The notes beneath the pieces are model-generated. The model had not been told where the DNA came from. It was given only the letters and a program-made list of their open reading frames with translations, and ran no database searches. Made by a program: the position numbers and the translations under genes. Shown here one piece after another: positions 18,533-27,591 of a stretch of DNA of 43,406 bases (the stretch's first letter is position 1; each line of letters starts with the position of its first letter). Origin of the DNA: Chthonomonadaceae bacterium (lineage in GTDB: Bacteria > Armatimonadota > Chthonomonadetes > Chthonomonadales > Chthonomonadaceae); the NCBI GenBank assembly GCA_035650735.1, contig DASRGZ010000110.1, positions 1 to 43,406 on the forward strand, given 5' to 3'.

Positions 18533-19669
18533 TCACTCCCCTGCCCCGGCCATGATTCGCAGGCCCCGCCAGACCAGGTCGCGCAGCTCGAAATGGGCGC
18601 ACACGACCTCGCGGCCCTTCCGCCCCATCTCCTGACGCCGCGCGGGAGAGGCGAGCAGTGTCTCCAGGCGGTCGCACAGGCCGTCGAAGTCGTCCGGGGC
18701 GAGCAGATAGCCGGTTTCGCCCTCGCGCACGATGTCGGCGATTCCGCCAACATCGCTTGTGATCACCGGCAGGCCCGCCGCCATCGCCTCCAGGGAGGCG
18801 ATAGAGAAACAGTCGGCGCGGGTGGGCAGGGCGAAGAGATCGCACCTGCGGGTAAGCTCTATTAGCTCGGCGGCGTTGCTGCCCAGGTCGTTATGCACGA
18901 CGACGCCGGGCGGCGGGTTCTCGATGCGATCTATCGTCACCAGATGCAGCTCCCAGCCTCGGCGTCCCGTCTCCCGCGCCCACCGCAGCAGCAGGTCGCC
19001 GCCCTTGCGTTCGAAGTTGCCGCCGGTGAAGAGGATGCGGGTCAGGCCATCGTCAGGTCTCTGGCCGGGTTCGGCGGGCCGCCAGAGTTGCGTATCCACG
19101 CCTGGCGGCAGGAGATGCACGCGCTGCGGGTCGGCCCCGTAATCGTGTATGGCGGACTGCGCGGCCCAGTGCGACCAGGCGAACAGCCCCTCCGCCGCTT
19201 GAAAGACCTCCCGCACGCGTCGGCGCTTCATGTCCGCCAGCCAGCCGGCCTTATCCGGCGCGTGCTCGTACCAGGCGGCCATCGCGTCGTACTGTACCGG
19301 CGTCACGTCGAACATCAGGAAGGCGCGCTGCGTGTGGACGCTGCGCCGATGCACTACCGCCGGGTTGTGCGTGTTGAACAGGACGGCGTCGTACTTCTCG
19401 TGGCCCAGGCCCCGATCCGTTTGCAGGTAACTGCGCCAGGCCGAGCGGAGAGAGCCAGGCAGAAAGCGCAGACGCTCGATCCAGCCGCCCTCTTCATAGT
19501 AGGTGACGGGCACCCAGGTGGGCGTAATTGCAGGCTCACGCTCCACAACGCGGCGCCAGTTGAGGTACTGCGTGCGCATACCGGCCTGCTGCTCCATCAC
19601 GAAGGCAAATCGCATCGGGCGGGGCAAGGCCAGTTTTTCCCCGGTTCGAGGCTGTTCCAGAGTTACCAT
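18533..19669 (-). CDS. Glycosyltransferase family 4
   Basis: FTGGNFERKGG and DCFSIASLEAMAAGLPV motifs; paralog of the adjacent gene. Confidence 0.92.
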   Translation of the reverse strand: MVTLEQPRTGEKLALPRPMRFAFVMEQQAGMRTQYLNWRRVVEREPAITPTWVPVTYYEEGGWIERLRFLPGSLRSAWRSYLQTDRGLGHEKYDAVLFNTHNPAVVHRRSVHTQRAFLMFDVTPVQYDAMAAWYEHAPDKAGWLADMKRRRVREVFQAAEGLFAWSHWAAQSAIHDYGADPQRVHLLPPGVDTQLWRPAEPGQRPDDGLTRILFTGGNFERKGGDLLLRWARETGRRGWELHLVTIDRIENPPPGVVVHNDLGSNAAELIELTRRCDLFALPTRADCFSIASLEAMAAGLPVITSDVGGIADIVREGETGYLLAPDDFDGLCDRLETLLASPARRQEMGRKGREVVCAHFELRDLVWRGLRIMAGAGE

Positions 19670-19683
19670 GACAATGATTGAAC

Positions 19684-20682
19684 TTACCCGGTTGGAGGGG
19701 GGCCGTCAATGGCACGCCAGAGCTGGCGGCGCCCTCCCAGTTCCCGGCACATCCCCTGCAAGTAGCGCAAATTAAACAGCAGACTGCACGCCACCAACGC
19801 CGCCCGCCGCCCGCCGCCCTTGACGGCAGCGCGGCCCAGGGCCAATATGATCGTCTCTAGAAGGGGCCGCCCGATGCACACACGCGCCATCAGTTGCGTG
19901 GCGCGGTTGCGCTCCCGGAAGTGCTTGCGCGCCAGGTTCATCGCCTGATCTTCGCCGATGTCGCGGGCCATCTGCACATCCCGCCTCCCATACTCATAGG
20001 GCGTCTTGTACCAGGAGGCGAAGGTGCGCGTCGGGCGGTGGATGCCGTCGGCTTTCGGCTCAAAACGGAAGCGCAGCCCGCGCTGCGCCAGCCGGAAGCC
20101 CAGTTCCACGTCCTCCTGCCGCGTGAACCGCTCGTCGAAGCCGCCGACGGCCAGCAGGTGCTCCCGGCGCACCGAGAAGTTGCCGCTGTAGAGGTTGTTC
20201 GGCCCGGCCTCCCACACGCCATTCACGAAGTTCTCATACTGCCTCCGCAGCATCTCGTGCTCCCAGGCGATCCAGTGGGGCATCGGCTCGTGCTGCGGCC
20301 CGGTCTGCGGCCCGATGAGCACCAGGTTCGCGTCGGCCTGATGCGCGGCAGCGTGTACAGCCAGAAATTCCGGCGCCGGCTCGATGTCGTCATCCACATA
20401 GACCAGGACAGGCGCGCAGGCCCGCCGCGCCCCATGATTGCGCGCGACAGATGGCCCCTGATTGGCCTGCTCGATGAAGTGAAGGCCGTAGGGCGTCTGC
20501 AAGGCGCGGACCGCCTCCGCCGTCCCATCGGTCGCGCCGTCCGAGACGACAAGGACCTCGAAGGCGTCGGCAGGAAACGTCTGCCGGGCCAGGGCGCGGA
20601 GCGTGCGCAGCAGGCTCTCCTTGCGGTTATAGGTCGGTATGACGACGCTCAGCAGCGGCATGGCGTTACCTGGCCTGGACAT
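19684..20682 (-). CDS. Glycosyltransferase family 2
   Basis: SVVIPTYNR, DGATDGT, YVDDD, GGFDE and EDVELGFR motifs. Confidence 0.93.
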   Translation of the reverse strand: MSRPGNAMPLLSVVIPTYNRKESLLRTLRALARQTFPADAFEVLVVSDGATDGTAEAVRALQTPYGLHFIEQANQGPSVARNHGARRACAPVLVYVDDDIEPAPEFLAVHAAAHQADANLVLIGPQTGPQHEPMPHWIAWEHEMLRRQYENFVNGVWEAGPNNLYSGNFSVRREHLLAVGGFDERFTRQEDVELGFRLAQRGLRFRFEPKADGIHRPTRTFASWYKTPYEYGRRDVQMARDIGEDQAMNLARKHFRERNRATQLMARVCIGRPLLETIILALGRAAVKGGGRRAALVACSLLFNLRYLQGMCRELGGRRQLWRAIDGPPPTG

Positions 20683-21565
20683 ACAGGCGCGTGCGCGGGT
20701 CCACGGCGTAGCGCAGGCTCAGCCGGACGCCGTTCCAGTAGCCGCGCAGATAGTGTTCCTCCTGGTGCGGATGGCGGCACAGCAGGCGGTAGCAGAGGCG
20801 GGCAAAGATATAGCCCGCGCGTCCGATCAGGGGCCGGAGCATGCGCCAGTCCCGGCAGCGCACGTGTTTGAGGGCAAAGGCGGCGTCGCCGGTACCGTAA
20901 CAATAGAGCACGTGGTTCCACTCCTCCAGGCCGCGCCAGGCCCGGTGGATCAGGGTCACAGAGGGCTCCATCAGGATGCGCGCGCCCGCCGCCTGCGCCC
21001 GATAGATGAAATCGCCCTCTTCGGCGGCGTAGAGATCGGTTCCTGGACCGAGCAGCGTATCGAAACGGCCCACGCGCGCCGGAACCTCTCGGCGCATCGC
21101 CATGTTGGCGCCCATGCCCGCGATCTCTCCAGGCTTGAGGTAGCGCTTCTCCTTGAAGAAGAGAGACGGCACGTGCGCGCCCGGTATCTGTGTGGCCTCC
21201 TCCGGGACAAAGACCTGCCCGAAGAGAATATCCGCCTCCGGGTTGGCGCAAAAGGCGGCCTCTATCCGCGTCAGCCAGTCGGAGGGAACCTCCGTGTCGT
21301 CGTCGGTAAAGGCCAGGATCTGACCGCAGGCCGCTTCGATGAGCAGGTTCAGCGCGAGGCTCTTGCCCGTGGTGTTCGAGCGGATCAGGCGCAGCCGCTC
21401 CGACGTGCCGAAAGCCTGCCGCACGGCCCGCTCCGTCGCCTCCGAGGTGCTTTGATCGAGCACGACGACCTCGTAATTCTCATGCTCCAGCGCCAGAACC
21501 GTGCGCAAACAGGGGATCAGGTCGTCGGGCCTGTTGCGCGTGGCTATCAAAACCGAGAATTGCAT
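20666..21565 (-). CDS. Glycosyltransferase family 2
   Basis: FSVLIATRNR, FTDDD and GANMA motifs; likely ATG at 21565. The track ORF starts at 21622, inside the repeat. Confidence 0.9.
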   Translation of the reverse strand: MQFSVLIATRNRPDDLIPCLRTVLALEHENYEVVVLDQSTSEATERAVRQAFGTSERLRLIRSNTTGKSLALNLLIEAACGQILAFTDDDTEVPSDWLTRIEAAFCANPEADILFGQVFVPEEATQIPGAHVPSLFFKEKRYLKPGEIAGMGANMAMRREVPARVGRFDTLLGPGTDLYAAEEGDFIYRAQAAGARILMEPSVTLIHRAWRGLEEWNHVLYCYGTGDAAFALKHVRCRDWRMLRPLIGRAGYIFARLCYRLLCRHPHQEEHYLRGYWNGVRLSLRYAVDPRTRLYVQAR

Positions 21566-21588
21566 CGCTTTGGTTATCTCTATAGGTT

Positions 21589-21714
21589 GCCCGGCCCTAA
21601 AGGACCGGGCTGCGGGCGGCAAGCCCCCGGAAGGGGGCTACTCTCCCCTCTGGTAGCCCCAGAAGAGAACTGACCCACCTCCGGCAGCCCGCTTTAGCGG
21701 GCTTGCCATCCGCA
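21589..21714 (+). repeat. ~125-bp multi-hairpin REP/BIME-like element, family 2, copy 1
   Basis: GCCCGGCCCTAAAGGACCGGGCT, AGCCCCCGGAAGGGGGCT and AGCCCGCTTTAGCGGGCT; colinear reverse complement of 27417-27539. Confidence 0.85.
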
Positions 21715-21842
21715 GCCCACCCCTAATGCACTTTGATTAATGGATACCGAGCGTGCGAGCCTCGCTGCCTCAAGGACGCGAACTCACTTTACTAAATGAA
21801 CGCTCGGTGCTAATTTATCAATCTTCATAAGGGATGGGCTGC
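21712..21842. mobile_element. 131-bp AT-rich long inverted repeat (MITE-like)
   Basis: Terminal 30 bp match 24/30 as an inverted repeat, plus inner ACCGAGCGT/ACGCTCGGT; no target duplication seen. Confidence 0.5.
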
Positions 21843-21859
21843 CAGTATGAAATTGGTAC

Positions 21860-23251
21860 TTATCCAGCAACCCGCACGACCGCCATATGAGGCTCGGCAT
21901 CCTGGGATCGCGGATCAACGAACAGCGCCGCGCACGTCACGAGCCAGAGCAGCGCGATCCCGGCCAGCGCCGCGACCGCCCCCACCTCCGTCGGCAGAAA
22001 ACTGCCCGGCAGGTCGCGATTCTGGAGCATGAGCAGATAGGCCGCCGCCGCCAGTGCCACCAGCCCCCGACGCCCCTCCGATAGTCCCCAGCCCGCGATG
22101 ATCACCAACGTCAGTAAGGCCAGCAGCAGATGGTGCCCCCAGGTGATCGGGGAGACCAGCAGGGCGACCATGTTGACCAGGGCATACTCCAGTTGCCGGC
22201 GCTCGCCGTTACTTTCGCGCCGCCCGCGCCACAGAGCCGCCGCCGAGACCGCTAGCACCAGGCCGTAGAACCCGAACTTGAGAAGAGTCAGCCGTGTGTC
22301 CGGCGGCAGTATCTGACCGCTGTGCGGGTCGCCCAGGCCCAACATCCGCCCGGCCAGCGCGACAGCCGACACGTTCGTATCGCTGATGGCGCCGCGCGCA
22401 AGCAGCGGCAGGCAGTGGCCCAGGAACCGCCGGAACGTCTCCGCGCCCAGGAGGGCTATTGAAGCCAGGCTCAGCCCGATCAGCGCCGCCGCCAGCGCCG
22501 CCAGCGCCCGATACTGCCGCCGCGTCAGCAGCCAGACCGCGAACAGGATCGGCGAGACCTTGAGCAACGCCCCGACGGCCAGGCTCACGCCCGCCGCCGC
22601 AGGCCGCCCCGTCTCCAGAAAATAGAGTCCCGCCGCTGCCGTGAAAAAGACCAGCGGCGTGATCTGCCCGAGGCTCAGCGCGATGAGCAGCGGCGGCGAA
22701 GCCAACGCCACAAACGTTACGACCTGCGCCTCCAGCGGCTTGAGCCGCGCCCGCATCAGGTAGAGCAGCATCAGCAGGCCGCACCCATAGGCCCCCAGAT
22801 TCAGCAGCCGCCACCCTAACAGCGCCAGCGGGCGCGGCAGGTAGGTAAACGGCAGAAACAGCGCGGCGCAGGGCGGGGGATAGATGAATCCCCAGAGCGT
22901 GTGCGGCTTCGGCAGGTGCGCCGCCGCCAGCGCGTGCCAGGCCGGGCTGTCGTTTGCCAGGTCATAGTATCCCTGCGCGTTCGGCGTATCCAGGGCCGCG
23001 TACATCGCAGCCGGCTGGCCGTCCCGCACCGCCCAACTGCCCACCCAGTAGCAATCGAAATCGAACGCGCCCCGCGCCAGCAGGAAGCCGAGCAGCAGAG
23101 GCGCCGCCAGCGCGGCCAGCAGCATTGCCGTGCGCGCCGTTCCTGCCTCTCCATCTGCGGGCAGGAACAGGCGGCGCAGCCAGACCAGGCCCGTCTCGAC
23201 GGGCCACCGCGCCTCAATCGCTGCAACGAGCTCCCGGGACTTCAAACGCAA
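21860..23251 (-). CDS. Glycosyltransferase family 87 (DUF2029) membrane protein
   Basis: DFDCYW, FIYPPP, LGQI, LLKVSP and SPITWGHH motifs. Confidence 0.88.
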   Translation of the reverse strand: MRLKSRELVAAIEARWPVETGLVWLRRLFLPADGEAGTARTAMLLAALAAPLLLGFLLARGAFDFDCYWVGSWAVRDGQPAAMYAALDTPNAQGYYDLANDSPAWHALAAAHLPKPHTLWGFIYPPPCAALFLPFTYLPRPLALLGWRLLNLGAYGCGLLMLLYLMRARLKPLEAQVVTFVALASPPLLIALSLGQITPLVFFTAAAGLYFLETGRPAAAGVSLAVGALLKVSPILFAVWLLTRRQYRALAALAAALIGLSLASIALLGAETFRRFLGHCLPLLARGAISDTNVSAVALAGRMLGLGDPHSGQILPPDTRLTLLKFGFYGLVLAVSAAALWRGRRESNGERRQLEYALVNMVALLVSPITWGHHLLLALLTLVIIAGWGLSEGRRGLVALAAAAYLLMLQNRDLPGSFLPTEVGAVAALAGIALLWLVTCAALFVDPRSQDAEPHMAVVRVAG

Positions 23252-23266
23252 CGCTCCTTTGAGGGA

Positions 23267-24487
23267 TTAGGAGAGCGGCTTCGCATGGCCGGACATAAAC
23301 CGCCGCTCGAACGCCAGATGAAACAGGTACGCCAGGCCCACCGACAGCGGAACGCCGACCACCAGCAGCAGACCAAAAATCTGAATGGGCGTCAGCCAGA
23401 ACGTCTTCAGGAACATATTCAACATGGACAGCAGCGGCGCATGCACCAGGTAAAGGCTGTAGGAGAACGTTCCGAGGCCGACCACCGGGCGCGCTCCCAA
23501 CAGCCGCAAGATAAGAGACCGTGGAGTCGCAGGCCGTTCGGTCAAATGCCGCGTGCAGGCGATAATCAATGCCACAGTCGCCGTTCCCACGACCATGTCC
23601 AGCCCTATCTGTCGCCGTACCCATTCGGGCCGCCAGATAGCGACGGCGACAAAAACGGCGGCGGCAAGGGCGGCAATCAGCCCCCAGGGCGCCCGCTCCC
23701 GCCAGGCGCGTACCTGCGGCTTCTCGGAAAAGCCGACGACCGCCCCCGCCATGCCCAGCGCAAACAGGCCGATGTACCAGAACGAGGCTTCGATGGTGTA
23801 GGGCCAGAACAGCCAGTGCAGCCCGAGGCCCACGGCAAAGCCGACCGCAACCGCCGCGATCAGACCCAGCCGCCGCCAGACGGGCAGCAGCAGCGCCGGA
23901 AAGATAAAATAGATCTGCCACTCCGTCGCCACGCTCCACATGGGCGGGTTGATCTTGCCGGCCCACGCAAAGCTGAGGTTATGCACGAGCAAAAAGTGCG
24001 ACCACAGCACGCCCGGCGTGAATGCGGGCAGCGCCCAGTTCCAATTGGAGTAGCTGCGCTCGTTCATGCCCGGCACGGTGCGGATCAAGAGCAGCGACAG
24101 CACCAGCGCCGCGTAGTAGGGAGGTAGAATTCTGCGCGCCCGCCGCTTCAGGTATTCCCCCACCCCGCCCCGCAGCTTCCCGTCCGCCGAGCGCGCCACC
24201 GGCAGCATCAGGCAGTAGCCCGACAGCACGATAAAGACCGCCACGGCATAGTGGCCGTAGACCATCCAGGAGGCCGCGCGCAGCGCCCACGCCGGCAGCC
24301 CCCCCCCATCCCAGTGCCAGTTGATCTCGATATAGGCATGGAACAGGACGACATAGAGTGCCGCCAGCCCGCGCAGCCCATCCAGATAATCCAGCCGCAG
24401 GCGCGGCTTCTCTGTTTTGGCTGCCGGAGGCAGTATCTCGTCGCGCGGAACAGCAGGCGCTCTCTTTGTGTCAGCGATGACATCCAT
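23267..24487 (-). CDS. Acyltransferase family 3 (OafA/YrhL-like)
   Basis: LDGLRGLAALYVVLFH, FIVLSGY, RRARRILPPYY, WSVATEWQIY and SYSLYLVH motifs; likely ATG at 24487. Confidence 0.93.
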   Translation of the reverse strand: MDVIADTKRAPAVPRDEILPPAAKTEKPRLRLDYLDGLRGLAALYVVLFHAYIEINWHWDGGGLPAWALRAASWMVYGHYAVAVFIVLSGYCLMLPVARSADGKLRGGVGEYLKRRARRILPPYYAALVLSLLLIRTVPGMNERSYSNWNWALPAFTPGVLWSHFLLVHNLSFAWAGKINPPMWSVATEWQIYFIFPALLLPVWRRLGLIAAVAVGFAVGLGLHWLFWPYTIEASFWYIGLFALGMAGAVVGFSEKPQVRAWRERAPWGLIAALAAAVFVAVAIWRPEWVRRQIGLDMVVGTATVALIIACTRHLTERPATPRSLILRLLGARPVVGLGTFSYSLYLVHAPLLSMLNMFLKTFWLTPIQIFGLLLVVGVPLSVGLAYLFHLAFERRFMSGHAKPLS

Positions 24488-24546
24488 ACGTGTTAAACAA
24501 GTGCAAAGACCAACGGAGCCAGGCCAGGCCGAAATTTTGCGCCGTC

Positions 24547-25839
24547 TCAGCCCTCCGAGGGCGCCGCCTCCGGCCTCCGCCCGGCGCTTTGCAGGCCAAT
24601 ATGGCGATGCAGCGCCACCAGCGAGGCGAGAAACGCGACCGTCACGACGACGCATCCCAGCAGCCGCAAATAGAGATAGGAAACGTCCCCAAAGTGCCGA
24701 CTCGCAAAGAGCTGCACCTGGTAGATTGGATACAGGCACGCATACAGCGTCACCGGCAGGGCAAACCAGAGCACGCCCGGCAGCCGACGCAGATCCTGAG
24801 GCCGGCAGGCATAGACTAGCAGCGGCGCCAGCAGCAGGCAGGCATCATAATGATGGTGATACATGCCAAGCAAGCACAGGCAAAGAATGGGCGCCAGGAA
24901 CGCGCCGGTCGTGGCTGCCTCCCGCACAAACGCGCGGCTTCGCCATGCCTCCCAGCCCAGCCAGAGCGCGCTCGCCACAAACAGGAGCAGCGATAGTTTG
25001 CGCGACCTGGAAACTTCTGGACTGACTGCGTTGAGCAGATACGACCACTCCAGCCGCGTCAGCGCATTGGGCAGATGGGGGTCGGCATAATCCTGGCTTC
25101 CCGGCCGATCCATGCGCGCCACGTTCTGCTGATACGCCTGCACAGCTTCTACGCCGCCCATCCGCGCAAATCCCAGGCAATTCACCGCCGCCCAGAGCAC
25201 CAGCACGCTCGCCACCAGCGCAAAGCGACGCTGCGCCAGCGCCAGCAAGATCAGCGGCACCGCAAGCGTCATCTTGAGCCAGGCGAGCGCCGAAACGTAA
25301 AGGAAGGCTTCTCCCTGACGGTTGCGCGCCAGAGCGGCCAGGAACAGGCCCAGCAGTCCCAGGGCCAGCGGCGCCGACTGCAAAAGCTGAAAGCCCCACC
25401 GCAGGCTGCTGCTGCACAACACAAGTCCCAGCAGCAGTACGCGGGTTGCCGGTCGGCTCTCCGGCGCGAACGTCGCCAGCAGCTCCCAGATTCCCGCCAT
25501 CAGCACGCCTGTCAGCAGGCAGAACCAGGCCGCCTGCCCCACTGCATACGGCAGCAGCGTAAAGGGCAGGATGACAATCCCGGTCGAGGGCGGGTAGTAG
25601 ATCCCGGCGGGCGGCTGATATCCCAGGTACGCCGCAAAACCAGGCTGCTGCACGGCGGCATCGTAGGCGTTCTTCCCGCCGGCAACGGCCTTGCCCACGA
25701 TATAGAGATAGGCGAAATCCTCCCCTCGGCCCCGGCCAACCTTCCAGTTGATGAGAAGGCCCAGGGCCATCAGCGCCAGCCCGACGGCCAGCACTGCCGC
25801 CGCCGATCTTCTCTGTATCGTGACGCCCGTTGTAACCAA
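24547..25839 (-). CDS. Glycosyltransferase family 87 (DUF2029) membrane protein
   Basis: DFAYLY, YYPP, WLK and YHHHYD motifs; GGGAGG upstream of TTG 25839. Confidence 0.82.
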   Translation of the reverse strand: MVTTGVTIQRRSAAAVLAVGLALMALGLLINWKVGRGRGEDFAYLYIVGKAVAGGKNAYDAAVQQPGFAAYLGYQPPAGIYYPPSTGIVILPFTLLPYAVGQAAWFCLLTGVLMAGIWELLATFAPESRPATRVLLLGLVLCSSSLRWGFQLLQSAPLALGLLGLFLAALARNRQGEAFLYVSALAWLKMTLAVPLILLALAQRRFALVASVLVLWAAVNCLGFARMGGVEAVQAYQQNVARMDRPGSQDYADPHLPNALTRLEWSYLLNAVSPEVSRSRKLSLLLFVASALWLGWEAWRSRAFVREAATTGAFLAPILCLCLLGMYHHHYDACLLLAPLLVYACRPQDLRRLPGVLWFALPVTLYACLYPIYQVQLFASRHFGDVSYLYLRLLGCVVVTVAFLASLVALHRHIGLQSAGRRPEAAPSEG

Positions 25840-25863
25840 AGCGCGCCTCCCAACCGCACCGGC

Positions 25864-25945
25864 GGTAATCGCTCCCAACGGAGTGGATCGGTCTCAACTC
25901 GTGCGCTGCGAGTGAGAAGCGTTCTCGCGATGGGAGATGACTGCC
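25864..25945. mobile_element. 82-bp MITE-like element, copy B
   Basis: First 18 bp identical to copy A; same length; ends TGGGAGATGACTGCC; flanks CGCACCGGC / CGCACTGGG match 7/9. Confidence 0.72.
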
Positions 25946-26016
25946 CGCACTGGGCGGCGTTCGCAAGTTATTGTCGGCTGCCCTTGCCCCTAAGTATAGT
26001 GCCGGAGGCCGGCACT

Positions 26017-27219
26017 TTATGGCCTGGGTGAAAGCGGAGCCTTCTTGGGTCGCTGGCCGGGCAGAAACGGCCTCTCAAACACCAGATAGAACAGGTAGGA
26101 TACCGCCAGCACCGCCGGCACCACCACCGCAAAGCGCGCGATCAGGTCGAGGAGCGGTGGGAGATGCAGCCGACCCAGCAGCGGCAGTCCCTTGTAGAGC
26201 AGCGGGATATGCACCAGATAGAGGCTGTAGGAGAAGGCGCCCAGCAGCACCGTCCCGCGCGCGCTCAGCAGCCGCAGAGCGATGGGCCGCCTGGCATCGT
26301 CTCCAGAGCGGGCCGAACGCGCGCAGCCGATAATCAGGCAGGCCGTCGCCGCTCCCACCAGCGTATCCATCGCCCAGCCGCACTCCAGCGCTTCCGGCAG
26401 GAATATCCCCAGGCCGCAAACCGCCCCGAACAGCGCCAGAGCCAGGACGCCCCACCAGACCCTATCCCGCCAGGCGCGCAGCCTCCGGTTATCGGAAAAG
26501 CCGACGACCGCCCCTGCCATGCCCAGCGCAAACAGGCCGAGAAACCACGGGCGAGCCTGGTCGAGATTGCTTCCCGCCGGGAGCAGCACATACGGAGCCA
26601 GCCCCACCAGAAAACCAACCCCTACCACCGCCACATTGCCCAACCGCCGCCAGACGGGCAGCAGCAGCGCCGGAAAGATAAAATAGATCTGCCACTCCGT
26701 CGCCACGCTCCACATGGCGACGTTGATCGCATAGGCCCACTCAAAACGCAGGTTGTGCGCCAGCAGCAGGTGCGAGATCAGCACGCCTGGCGCAAAGTTG
26801 GCTTCCAGCACGCCCTCCTGCCCACCCCCCGGCGTCTTCAGCTTCCACGAGAGCGCCGCCAGCAGTAAGGCCAGCGCCAGCGCCGCGTAGTAGGGAGGCA
26901 GGATCCTGCGCGCCCGCCGCTTCAGGTATTCCCCCACCCCGCCCCGCAGCTTCCCGTCCGCCGAGCGCGCCACCGGCAGCATCAGGCAGTAGCCCGAGAG
27001 CACGATAAACACGTCCACGGCGTACCGGCCATAACGCATCCATGCGAGGCTCGCCAGCACCAGCGGCGGCAGCCCCGCCCCGACGAACTGGACGGTGTGA
27101 TAAAGCACCACATAGAGCGCGGCCAGCCCGCGCAATCCATCCAGAAAATCGAGTCGGAGGCGTGCTGGCTCCTGTTGCTGGGAAATGACAGCCTCCGCAG
27201 GCAGCGTTGCGATGGACAA
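26017..27219 (-). CDS. Acyltransferase family 3, second paralog
   Basis: Same motifs as 23267-24487; probable TTG at 27219 after GGAAAGG. The track ORF starts at 27282. Confidence 0.92.
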   Translation of the reverse strand: MSIATLPAEAVISQQQEPARLRLDFLDGLRGLAALYVVLYHTVQFVGAGLPPLVLASLAWMRYGRYAVDVFIVLSGYCLMLPVARSADGKLRGGVGEYLKRRARRILPPYYAALALALLLAALSWKLKTPGGGQEGVLEANFAPGVLISHLLLAHNLRFEWAYAINVAMWSVATEWQIYFIFPALLLPVWRRLGNVAVVGVGFLVGLAPYVLLPAGSNLDQARPWFLGLFALGMAGAVVGFSDNRRLRAWRDRVWWGVLALALFGAVCGLGIFLPEALECGWAMDTLVGAATACLIIGCARSARSGDDARRPIALRLLSARGTVLLGAFSYSLYLVHIPLLYKGLPLLGRLHLPPLLDLIARFAVVVPAVLAVSYLFYLVFERPFLPGQRPKKAPLSPRP

Positions 27220-27314
27220 GGTTGGAGCCTTTCCGAATCTATCGATTCTCCTCGCCCCTCTCCTTGAGAGTGTAGATAGCACCTTCTGGCAGCCACCCCT
27301 AAAGGGGTGGACTG

Positions 27315-27368
27315 TGTCGCAAGGCGGAGGGCTGTCGCAAGGCAGAGCGCTGTCGCGAGGCGGAGGCG
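27315..27368. repeat. Tandem repeat, 3 x 18 bp
   Basis: TGTCGCAAGGCGGAGGGC / TGTCGCAAGGCAGAGCGC / TGTCGCGAGGCGGAGGCG. Confidence 0.8.
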
Positions 27369-27416
27369 CGAACTATTGCAGCGCCGACCCTGGCAGTCCG
27401 TTGCAGGCCCGACCCT

Positions 27417-27539
27417 TGCAGTCGGCAAGCCCGCTCAAGCGGGCTACGAAGGGTGGGTTAATCCCCTTCAGGGGCTCCAAGAAAGGAGAGCCCCCTTCAG
27501 GGGGCTTGCCTCCCACAGCCCGGTCCTTTAGGGCCGGGC
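27417..27539 (-). repeat. ~125-bp multi-hairpin element, family 2, copy 2
   Basis: Reverse complement of 21589-21714; terminal 23 bp identical. Confidence 0.85.
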
Positions 27540-27591
27540 GAAGCCTCTGCTAAAGAGAGAGGCTGGGGGTGAGGTCTGCCGGAGAAGCAGG

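Noticed and set aside
17362..18753. Long N-terminal extensions in track ORFs (also 23267-24739, 33847-35328, 41757-43061)
   Set aside because: The extensions overlap upstream genes in other frames; internal starts match the family N-termini.
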